A DNA stretch of 12,456 nt from positions 1 to 12,456 of the forward strand of contig JBDGSM010000070.1 of the NCBI GenBank assembly GCA_042217545.1. The letters run 5' to 3'. Position numbers and translations under genes: made by a program. The notes beneath the pieces were generated by a model, which made no database searches, was not told where the DNA came from, and was given only the letters and a program-made list of their open reading frames with translations. Source of the stretch: Candidatus Nanohalobium sp. GTDB taxonomy: Archaea; Nanohalarchaeota; Nanosalinia; Nanosalinales; Nanosalinaceae. Shown piece after piece: positions 1-7,382 of the stretch. How positions within the stretch are numbered: position 1 is the first letter of the stretch; each line of letters begins with the position of its first letter.

Positions 1-1
1 C

Positions 2-1666
2 GCACTAAGAAAATACGCAGACGAAGAAACAGCCGAAAAATGGGAAATGAGCGTAGAAGACGGAACAGTAGCATTTGGTTCTGCATTGAAGAACTGGGCG
101 ATCTCCATGCCTTACATGCAGGAAACAGGAATCACATTCGGCGACGTAATCGAAAGAGTAAACGAAGGCGACCACGAAGGCCTCAGAGAAGATGCACCGA
201 TCGAAGAAGTCGTACTGGACATGGTAGTGGACCACCTTGTCAACCCACACGAATCCGCTGAATGGAGGATTCCCGCTGTATGGCCTGGCGACGTAGGCTC
301 AGAAGTAGGTCAGGACATGCTTGACCACGACCAGGACGGCCGTCTAGTCGGCGTAGTTACAAATGTAGAGGACGACGAACACGCAGGAACGATCGCTACA
401 GCAAGACTGTTCTCGGGAACCGTGGAGGAAGGAGACGAACTCTACGGAATCGGCTCCCAGAAGACCGAGAGAGCTCAGCAGGTCGGAATTTACTCAGGAC
501 CTAGAAAGCTGACAGTAGATAGCGTTCCCTGCGGAAACATCGTAGCTATCACAGGCCCTGACTTCTCAACAGGAGAGACGTTTATCAGGAAAGGAGAGGA
601 AGAAATAGAACCGTTCGAGCAAATCGAACACGTCTTCGAGCCTGTAGTTACAAAGTCGATCGAGCCCAAGAGGACATCCGACCTTCCAAAGCTCATCGAA
701 GCGCTCAGAAAACGTTCCAAGGAAGACAACACCATCAAAGTCGATATTGACGAGGAAACAGGAGAGACAAAGGTTTCAGGCCTTGGAGAGCTACACATCG
801 AGGCAAAAGTCGAGAGATACCTTGAAGAACAGGGAATCGACATCAATGTCTCCGAGCCTATCGTAGTATTCAGGGAAGGTATCGAGGACGATTCACCGGA
901 AGTCTCCGGCAAGTCCCCTAACAGGCACAACGAGCTTGTCATGTCCGTAGAGCCTCTTCCAGAATCCGTCAGGAAGTTCCTGAAGGAGGACTACCAGGAT
1001 GTCAAGATGCAGGCAAACGAGGACCACGAGATCAAGGAAGCACTTGTAGAAGCAGGCCTTGACAAGGACGAAGCCGACAACGTAATGGAGGCCCACGAGG
1101 AGAACCTATTAATCAACGCTTCCAGAGGTATCAAGAACCTGCGTGAAATCCAGGAATACCTTGTTGACGCGTTCCACGAATTCACGGATGAAGGCCCAAT
1201 GGCAGGAGAGCCAGTTATAGGCCTCAAGGTGAAGCTTCACGACGCAAGCCTGCACGAGGACGCCATCCACAGAGGGCCATCTCAGATGATCCCTACGACG
1301 AAGCAAGCTATGACAAAAGGCTTCCTCCAGTCCACTCCAAGACTGATCGAGCCAAAGCAGAAGCTGAGGATCGACACCCCTACAGACACGATGGGAGATG
1401 CCATGACAGAAGTCTCCAACAGAAGAGGAGACGTCATCGACATGGAAGAGGAAGGAGATTCCTCAGTCATCCAGTGCAAGCTGCCTGTAGAAGAGCTATT
1501 CGGATTTGAAGCCGCTCTGAAGTCCGCAACCAACGGTAAAGGCTTCTTCTCCCTGATCGATATCATCTACGAGCCTCTTCCAATGAACCTTCAGGAGGAG
1601 AAGATCATGGAGATCCGTGAGAGAAAAGGCATGAAGCAGGAGATTCCAAGCCTCGAAGACGAGTAA
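2..1666 (+). CDS. fusA: Translation elongation factor aEF-2, 5'-truncated by the window edge
   Basis: The frame is open from base 2 (ALRKYADEETAEKWEMSVEDGTVAFGSA...), so ATG 47 is internal. EF-2 motifs: ARLFSGT, EPVVTKSIEP, GLGELHIE, SEPIVVFRE, KSPNRHN and the diphthamide loop HEDAIHRGPSQ. Directly upstream of EF-1alpha. Confidence 0.98.
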   Translation, partial: ALRKYADEETAEKWEMSVEDGTVAFGSALKNWAISMPYMQETGITFGDVIERVNEGDHEGLREDAPIEEVVLDMVVDHLVNPHESAEWRIPAVWPGDVGSEVGQDMLDHDQDGRLVGVVTNVEDDEHAGTIATARLFSGTVEEGDELYGIGSQKTERAQQVGIYSGPRKLTVDSVPCGNIVAITGPDFSTGETFIRKGEEEIEPFEQIEHVFEPVVTKSIEPKRTSDLPKLIEALRKRSKEDNTIKVDIDEETGETKVSGLGELHIEAKVERYLEEQGIDINVSEPIVVFREGIEDDSPEVSGKSPNRHNELVMSVEPLPESVRKFLKEDYQDVKMQANEDHEIKEALVEAGLDKDEADNVMEAHEENLLINASRGIKNLREIQEYLVDAFHEFTDEGPMAGEPVIGLKVKLHDASLHEDAIHRGPSQMIPTTKQAMTKGFLQSTPRLIEPKQKLRIDTPTDTMGDAMTEVSNRRGDVIDMEEEGDSSVIQCKLPVEELFGFEAALKSATNGKGFFSLIDIIYEPLPMNLQEEKIMEIRERKGMKQEIPSLEDE

Positions 1667-1681
1667 CAGGCCTTTCACACA

Positions 1682-1712
1682 TATTTTCCTCTTTTCTACT
1701 TTTCCTCTTTAT
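1682..1712 (+). terminator. Pyrimidine/oligo-T tract after fusA, putative archaeal intrinsic terminator
   Basis: TATTTTCCTCTTTTCTACTTTTCCTCTTTAT starts about 15 nt after the stop codon; several T4 runs, typical of archaeal terminators. Confidence 0.55.
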
Positions 1713-1720
1713 ATTCAGAA

Positions 1721-1749
1721 CTCAGGATTTCCTCAGGCCTTTTCTCAGG
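1721..1749 (+). repeat. Three direct CTCAGG repeats at 11-12 bp spacing
   Basis: CTCAGG at 1721, 1732 and 1744, just upstream of the tuf BRE/TATA. Confidence 0.6.
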
Positions 1750-1761
1750 AGTTTGGCTTCA

Positions 1762-1778
1762 CGAAACCCTTTTTAAAG
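1762..1778 (+). promoter_or_regulatory. BRE plus TATA box of the tuf promoter
   Basis: CGAAACCCTTTTTAAAG: purine-rich BRE followed by TTTTTAAA at 1770-1777, about 45 nt upstream of ATG 1823. Confidence 0.7.
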
Positions 1779-1810
1779 TTTAACAGGTAATCCGACTTTA
1801 TACGCAGTTA

Positions 1811-1815
1811 GGTGA
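1811..1815 (+). promoter_or_regulatory. Shine-Dalgarno site of tuf
   Basis: GGTGA ending 7 nt before ATG 1823, matching the archaeal SD core. Confidence 0.7.
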
Positions 1816-1822
1816 ACAAAAA

Positions 1823-3109
1823 ATGGCTGATAAACCACACATTAATCTTGTATTCATTGGACACGTTGACCACGGTAAATCTACTACCATCGGTAGGCTG
1901 CTGTGGGAAACAGAAAACCTTCCAGAAGAAGAAATGAGAAAGCTTGAGGAAGCTGCTGAGGAAGCAGGTAAGGAGTCTTTCAACTTCGCTTTCGCGATGG
2001 ACAATCTAGAGGAAGAGCGTGAGAGAGGAGTTACAATCGACCTGGCTCACCAGGAGTTTGACTCTGAGAATTACTATTTCACGATTATCGACGCTCCAGG
2101 CCACCGTGACTTCATCAAGAACATGATCACGGGAGCTTCTCAGGCTGACGCCGGAGTCCTTGTCGTCGCAGCAGACGACGGAATCCAGCCTCAGACAAAG
2201 GAGCACGCTTACCTCGCTAAGACACTGGGAATCGACCAGCTTGTCGTTGCAGTCAACAAGATGGACCTAGTTGACTACGAAGAAGACGGATTTAATGACA
2301 TCAAGGACGAGGTCTCGCAGATGATCCAGGGAGTCGGTTACGATACTTCCGACATCGACTTCGTACCTATCTCCAGCTTCGACGGCGAAGGAGTAGCAGA
2401 AAGCTCAGACGAGATGGGCTGGTATGACGGACCTTCACTACTTGAAGCACTTGACGACCTAGAAGAACCTGAGAAGGCAATCGATCTACCGACAAGAATC
2501 CCTATCCAGGACGTATACAACATCTCCGGAATCGGAGCTGTAACAGTCGGAAGAGTCGAGACAGGTGAACTCAACACAGGAGACGACGTAGTCTTCGAAC
2601 CAGCATCCACAAGACTGAACAGGAATGTAGGTGGAGAAGTCAAGTCCATCGAGATGCACCACGAAGAAGTAGAAGCAGCAGAGCCTGGTGACAACATCGG
2701 ATGGAACACAAGAGGCGTCGGAGAAGACGACGTCAAGAAGGGCGACGTAGCTGGAACAGCAGACAACCCACCAACAGTTGTCGAAAAGTTCGAAGCACAG
2801 GTCATCGTCCTCAACCACCCAAACGTCATCTCCGAGGGATACACACCAGTATTCCACGTCAACACCGCACAGGTCTCATGCACATTCGAGGACATCAAGT
2901 CCACCATGAACCCAAAGACAGGAGAGACGATCGAAGAAGACCCAGACTACATCAAACAGGGACAGGCAGCAAAAGTCACAATCAGGCCACAGCAGCCACT
3001 CGTCATCGAAGCAAACGACAACATCCCACAGATGTCACGCTTCGCAATCAGAGACATGGGACAGACAGTAGGAGCCGGACAGGCCCTATCCGTCGAAGAG
3101 AAAGAATAA
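1823..3109 (+). CDS. tuf: Translation elongation factor aEF-1alpha
   Basis: GHVDHGKST (G1), [17 protein letters not shown] (G3), NKMD (G4), [28 protein letters not shown]; 428 aa. Confidence 0.99.
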   Translation: MADKPHINLVFIGHVDHGKSTTIGRLLWETENLPEEEMRKLEEAAEEAGKESFNFAFAMDNLEEERERGVTIDLAHQEFDSENYYFTIIDAPGHRDFIKNMITGASQADAGVLVVAADDGIQPQTKEHAYLAKTLGIDQLVVAVNKMDLVDYEEDGFNDIKDEVSQMIQGVGYDTSDIDFVPISSFDGEGVAESSDEMGWYDGPSLLEALDDLEEPEKAIDLPTRIPIQDVYNISGIGAVTVGRVETGELNTGDDVVFEPASTRLNRNVGGEVKSIEMHHEEVEAAEPGDNIGWNTRGVGEDDVKKGDVAGTADNPPTVVEKFEAQVIVLNHPNVISEGYTPVFHVNTAQVSCTFEDIKSTMNPKTGETIEEDPDYIKQGQAAKVTIRPQQPLVIEANDNIPQMSRFAIRDMGQTVGAGQALSVEEKE

Positions 3110-3133
3110 ACCAAAAGACCTCAATCTAGGGCC

Positions 3134-3190
3134 TTTATCTCTTTCTTATTTTCCCAACATTTTCTCCACATATTTTTTCAAGCTTTTCTA
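3134..3190 (+). terminator. Oligo-T tract after tuf, putative terminator
   Basis: TTTATCTCTTTCTTATTTTCCC...TATTTTTTCA...CTTTTCT directly after the tuf stop. Confidence 0.6.
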
Positions 3191-3237
3191 CCTCTCAATA
3201 CTGAAGAACTCTCAACCTTTGTGGACCTGAACAAGAC

Positions 3238-3247
3238 TTATTATAAA
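3238..3247 (+). promoter_or_regulatory. TATA box of the PA14-adhesin/pilin operon, probably giving a leaderless transcript
   Basis: TTATTATAAA ends about 20 nt before ATG 3268, preceded by purine-rich GAACAAGA; no SD visible. Confidence 0.6.
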
Positions 3248-3267
3248 CTATCCACAATTGAAGGGTA

Positions 3268-6200
3268 ATGAAAAGCAAAACCGCGTTCAGCGTTCTCCTG
3301 CTAATTCTCTCTGCCTCTCTAACGGCTGCAGCTCCCAGCATTTCTCTCAACGGACCCAGCAACGGCAGTGAAGCAGAAAGCCCTGTCAAATTCCAGTTCA
3401 CACCTCAGTGCAGCTCAAGCTGCAGCTCAGCAACCTTATCTTTCAACACAACAGGAAACCTGACATTCTCACGGACCATAGACAAATGGAAAACGGGCGA
3501 AAAAACCGGGGTAAAGGCCTCAAACAGCAACTTGACACTCTACCGTGAAGGCAGCACAGGAAACCTGAACTACAGATGGTACGATACAGGAAGTTACTAC
3601 AGCAGCAATGGCCATCCATCCAACACCGGGGAGATGAACAGCTTCTTCAACAGTTCAAAAAATGGAGTAAATCTAGGCGGCGAAGGCCTTCACAACGGTA
3701 GTGTAAGCTGGTATGATGGTTCAGACTGGGGCGAGAAACCTGATTATCTGCCAGCACAGGGTTATTCCTGGAAGGCCTCAGGTTATCTTTACGCACCGGA
3801 ATCAGGGGTCTATACGATAGGCCTTGACTCAGATGATGCCTCTGACGTCTTCATCAACGGCAGTAAAGTCGTCTCGTGGTACGGAGGCCACGCAGTTTCC
3901 GGCAGCTACGACCACAGCAACAAAGTATACCTGGATAAAGGCCAGTACACGATCAAGGTAAGGATGGAGGAAGGAGGCGGAGACGACGGCGTCTCAGTTG
4001 CCTGGAAAAAGCCAGGAGAATCCAGCTTCGAACTGATACCTGGTAAAAGATTTTCGAACTCGAGCATGGAGTACAACAGCTCGGGAAGTTACGAGACAGA
4101 GCCTTTCTCACTGAGTAATCCTGCTTACTGGACAGGAAAAAGTTTAGAGGCCTCCATCCCTGCAAACACCAGTCTGGACGTTAACTACGCAAGTAAAAGG
4201 CCTGGTGGCTGGGAATACTTTGAATCTTTAAGCGATGTTTCTCAGACGAGGAAGCTGAAAGTCAACTTCTCTCTTTCCACGGATGAGCCTCTGAAAAGCC
4301 CTGAAGTAAGTTATCTGAACCTTGAGTACAAGATGCCTGCCAACCAAGAGTTCAACTGGATCACAGATTCCGAAAGCGAATGGCAGAAAGGCTCAACGGA
4401 TCTGACCTCTATCGACTCAGGCACCGTCAAGTTGAAGAGGAACAGGTCAGGACCCAACAAAGAATTGAAGTATACCTGGTACAGTACTGAAGGCCTTAAT
4501 GAAAGAAATGGTTATGCTGACAGCGCTGAAGAGATGGATAATTTCTTCAACAGCTCTACAGAAGGAGTAAGCTTCGGCGGTTCCGGCATTCATGCTGAGC
4601 GAGTTCACTGGCACAGCGGCCAGTGGGATGAGAAACCTGCTTATCTTCCCGGAGATCACTATGCTTGGAAGGCCTCAGGATACCTCTACGCACCGAACAC
4701 AGGTACTTATACTATAGGTATTGATTCCGACGATGCCTCTGACGTCTTCATCGACGGTGAGAAAGTTGCCTCGTACTATGGCCCTCACGGGACTTCAGGA
4801 AGTTACGGTCACCAGGGAACGATCACCTTGGAAGAAGGATATCACAGGTTCAAAATCAGGATGCAGGAAGACACAGGCGGAGACGGAGTAAGCATCGCAT
4901 GGGAAAGACCAAACAAAAACAACATGAAAGTGATAAAGAGCAACCGTTTCTCTCGCAGACTGTACCAGCAATCAGGGAACTACACATCCAAAACCTTCTC
5001 CACGAAAAGAGAAGTTAAATGGGAAAAAGCCAGTGTAAAGGCCTCAACAGGAACAGATACAGACTACAGTATAGAGTACGGATACAACACGAGCGGGAGC
5101 TGGACCTACGTAAATTCAATAAGCTCAGTGCCCGAGACACGATTCCTGAAGTACAGGCTAGAGCTCAGCACTGCAGACGGAGAAAAGTCTCCTTCAGTCG
5201 ACAAAGTTAACCTGACCTATTCGAACTCTAAGGCCTCCTTCCAGGAGATGAAAACAGTAACAGATGTTCAGAGCGGTGTAGTGAATAATTTGAGCTTTGA
5301 TTTCTCAAGTTACTCCCTTCCAACTAACTTTCTGTGGAATATACAGGTCAAGCAGAGCGATGGCAGCACAAATATCTCAAAAAGTAGAGAGGTCAATGTA
5401 AGGCCTCATAGTTTCGCCTCACCAGACATAAAGTGGTCTGAACCTGAGGACGGGACTTCTAACAGGACGCCGATAAACTTCAGCTTCACACCGAAATGCT
5501 ACAGCGAGTACGGCTGCTACGAGGTAAGCCTCTATTTCAACAGCACAGGAGAGAAAGGAAGCTGGATCTTCAACCAGGATAATGACTGGAGCAGAGGCAG
5601 TCTATCCAATACTACTTTCGAAAGTGGTAAAGTGAAGCTTGAAGGAGAAGTTGGCGAGCAAGGGAAGCTGAGATACCGTTGGTACGACACTGAAGGCCTT
5701 AACCAGGACAACAGCTACGGCGACAGCAAAAAAGATATGGACAAGTTCTTCAACACCAAGATCGAAGGTGTAAGCCTTGAAGGCTCCGGAGAATACTCCA
5801 GAGAAGTCGACTGGAAGAACAACGAGTGGGATCCGAAGCCATCCTACCTGCCAGGAGATCATTACTCATGGAAGGCCTCAGGATACATCTACGCACCGAA
5901 CACAGGCACCTACAAATTCGGAATAGACTCCGATGACGCCTCAGACCTCTTCATCAACGGAGAAATGGTAACCTCCTACTATGGAGGACACGGAGATTCA
6001 GGTGACTACAGTCACAGCGGTACTGTGGAGCTCTCCGAAGGCTACCACACGTTAAAGGTCAGGATGCAGGAAGACACGGGAGGAGACGGAGTAAGCATCG
6101 CATGGGAAAGACCAAACAAAAACAACATGAAGGTGATACCTTCAAACAGGTTCTTCCTTAAAGATACAGAAAGCTCAGGAACTTATACGTCTCCAGTACT

Positions 6201-6843
6201 CAGCACAGGCAAGAAAGTAGATATTACAAAGGCCTCCATCGATAAAGATGTTCCTACAGGCACAGGCCTTGATCTGAAGTATCTTGAGAACACTTCAGGG
6301 GCCTGGAAGGTCTTCCCGGATCTTTCAAGTCTTCCACAGTCAAAGTACTTCAGGTTTAGAGCTGAGATGTCCTCGGGTTCGGAGAAGACACCTGCGCTCA
6401 GAAAGGTGAACCTCAGTTACGTCGATCATGAAATCTTCAAGAAACGTTTGAGCAAGAAAGACGTCTTTAACGGGACTTCAGGCGAGTTCAGTCTCCGGTT
6501 CCTTGACTATAGTCTGCCACAGACGTTCAAGACTGTACTGAGTGTGAAGCAGAGCGACGGACAGGTCACGAAGACAGATCCGAGGACAATAAAAGTCAAG
6601 TTCAGCGGAATCAAAGCCGAGATCTCCTGGAACGACAAGGCCTCAAACGAAATCGGCTACAAAATCTATACTAATGCCTCAGGTTCCTGGAACAAGGTAG
6701 GAGAAGTAGAGAGAAATACTGAAAGTTTCCAGGACCGCAATCCTAACATAAAGGATGGAGACTACGTATGTTACAGGGTTAAGGCCTTTAACACGGCAGG
6801 AGCTTCAGCTCCAGTAGAAGGGTGTGCAACATTCACGAGATGA
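3268..6843 (+). CDS. Large secreted surface glycoprotein, putative adhesin: three PA14 domains, Ig-like domains and a C-terminal FN3-like domain
   Basis: Sec-type signal peptide MKSKTAFSVLLLILSASLTAA. Three repeats with the PA14 signature (Y.WKASGY.YAP..G.Y..G.DSDDASD.FI.G...V..Y..H...G...L..G.H...VRM.E..G.DG..AW..P). The C-terminus ISWNDKASNEIGYKIY...FQD...YRVKAFNTAGAS is FN3-like. About 26 N-X-S/T sequons by manual count. No C-terminal membrane anchor. Confidence 0.85.
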   Translation: MKSKTAFSVLLLILSASLTAAAPSISLNGPSNGSEAESPVKFQFTPQCSSSCSSATLSFNTTGNLTFSRTIDKWKTGEKTGVKASNSNLTLYREGSTGNLNYRWYDTGSYYSSNGHPSNTGEMNSFFNSSKNGVNLGGEGLHNGSVSWYDGSDWGEKPDYLPAQGYSWKASGYLYAPESGVYTIGLDSDDASDVFINGSKVVSWYGGHAVSGSYDHSNKVYLDKGQYTIKVRMEEGGGDDGVSVAWKKPGESSFELIPGKRFSNSSMEYNSSGSYETEPFSLSNPAYWTGKSLEASIPANTSLDVNYASKRPGGWEYFESLSDVSQTRKLKVNFSLSTDEPLKSPEVSYLNLEYKMPANQEFNWITDSESEWQKGSTDLTSIDSGTVKLKRNRSGPNKELKYTWYSTEGLNERNGYADSAEEMDNFFNSSTEGVSFGGSGIHAERVHWHSGQWDEKPAYLPGDHYAWKASGYLYAPNTGTYTIGIDSDDASDVFIDGEKVASYYGPHGTSGSYGHQGTITLEEGYHRFKIRMQEDTGGDGVSIAWERPNKNNMKVIKSNRFSRRLYQQSGNYTSKTFSTKREVKWEKASVKASTGTDTDYSIEYGYNTSGSWTYVNSISSVPETRFLKYRLELSTADGEKSPSVDKVNLTYSNSKASFQEMKTVTDVQSGVVNNLSFDFSSYSLPTNFLWNIQVKQSDGSTNISKSREVNVRPHSFASPDIKWSEPEDGTSNRTPINFSFTPKCYSEYGCYEVSLYFNSTGEKGSWIFNQDNDWSRGSLSNTTFESGKVKLEGEVGEQGKLRYRWYDTEGLNQDNSYGDSKKDMDKFFNTKIEGVSLEGSGEYSREVDWKNNEWDPKPSYLPGDHYSWKASGYIYAPNTGTYKFGIDSDDASDLFINGEMVTSYYGGHGDSGDYSHSGTVELSEGYHTLKVRMQEDTGGDGVSIAWERPNKNNMKVIPSNRFFLKDTESSGTYTSPVLSTGKKVDITKASIDKDVPTGTGLDLKYLENTSGAWKVFPDLSSLPQSKYFRFRAEMSSGSEKTPALRKVNLSYVDHEIFKKRLSKKDVFNGTSGEFSLRFLDYSLPQTFKTVLSVKQSDGQVTKTDPRTIKVKFSGIKAEISWNDKASNEIGYKIYTNASGSWNKVGEVERNTESFQDRNPNIKDGDYVCYRVKAFNTAGASAPVEGCATFTR
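3565..4056 (+). repeat. PA14 domain copy 1
   Basis: LNYRWYDTG...GLDSDDASDVFING...RMEEGGGDDGVSVAWKKP...IPGKRFS. Confidence 0.8.
4465..4953 (+). repeat. PA14 domain copy 2
   Basis: LKYTWYSTEG...GIDSDDASDVFIDG...RMQEDTGGDGVSIAWERP...IKSNRFS. Confidence 0.8.
5668..6156 (+). repeat. PA14 domain copy 3
   Basis: LRYRWYDTEG...GIDSDDASDLFING...RMQEDTGGDGVSIAWERP...IPSNRFF. Confidence 0.8.
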
Positions 6844-7328
6844 AAGGACAGTCGGCTATAGAGTACCTGATGAGTTACGGTTGGATGCTGCTTGTAGTAG
6901 CGATTATAGGAGGTGCTATTTACACGACAGTCGGTGGAAGATGCGTTACTTCAACTTCCGGCTTCTCAAGTACAGACGTAAGAGTGGCAGACTTCGGAAC
7001 AACAGGTTCAGGTGAATTAAGGTTTAACCTGAGGAACGCTCATCCGGAACCGATCGAGATAACCAATATTTCAGTTACTTCAGAGACCTCAGGTCAGACG
7101 GTCAGTTCAGGCGATTTAACTAGGATACCGGCTCTTGGGACCTCTACTGCCCCAGTCTCAGATGTCTACTTCCAGGAAGCCAACGGCTGTAACGTGATTC
7201 AGGTTCAGATAACTTATGACTCGGGAGGTATAGAGAACCAGATCGTGACAGGCCAGTTTACCAGCAAAATCAAGATGGGTGCTTCTGCACTTCCTTCCCA
7301 ACCTACCAGCCTTTCGCTCTCATCCTAG
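6840..7328 (+). CDS. Type IV pilin-like protein with a class III signal peptide (162 aa)
   Basis: Likely start is ATG 6840, overlapping the upstream TGA (ATGA), not GTG 6822. MKG/QSAIEYLMSYGWMLLVVAIIGGAIY has basic residue plus Gly at -1, Gln +1, Glu +5 and a hydrophobic helix (class III / DUF361-type). Two Cys in the globular domain. Confidence 0.88.
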   Translation: MKGQSAIEYLMSYGWMLLVVAIIGGAIYTTVGGRCVTSTSGFSSTDVRVADFGTTGSGELRFNLRNAHPEPIEITNISVTSETSGQTVSSGDLTRIPALGTSTAPVSDVYFQEANGCNVIQVQITYDSGGIENQIVTGQFTSKIKMGASALPSQPTSLSLSS

Positions 7329-7351
7329 ACAGTCGAAGGCCTTAATTATCA

Positions 7352-7358
7352 TTTATAA
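7352..7358 (+). promoter_or_regulatory. TATA box of rpsJ, probably giving a leaderless transcript
   Basis: TTTATAA ends 24 nt before ATG 7383; no SD. Confidence 0.65.
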
Positions 7359-7382
7359 GATTTAACTCCGAACCTGTTTTGT

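Noticed and set aside
1252..1290. Possible loss of the diphthamide site in EF-2
   Set aside because: HEDAIHRGPSQ retains the target His and a canonical context.
490..3129. Antisense and alternate-frame ORFs over fusA and tuf (e.g. 490-942, 2338-2907, 2701-3129)
   Set aside because: Ser-rich or Arg-rich shadows caused by the GAR/GAC-rich codon bias of acidic proteins; no motifs or expression signals.
4858..6138. Near-identical 78-nt pair as a diversity-generating retroelement TR/VR
   Set aside because: Both copies are in-frame parts of repeated PA14 domains, the three differences are synonymous third-position changes and include C/A, and no reverse transcriptase is in the window.
6822..6843. 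Frameshifted single adhesin-pilin fusion gene or pseudogene
   Set aside because: The downstream ORF has its own intact class III signal peptide starting at an ATGA overlap, which only functions at an N-terminus.
3110..7382. Adhesin-pilin cassette as a mobile element
   Set aside because: No integrase or transposase, terminal inverted repeats or convincing target-site duplication; the GGCCTT at both flanks (3130, 7338) is explained by the window-wide motif.
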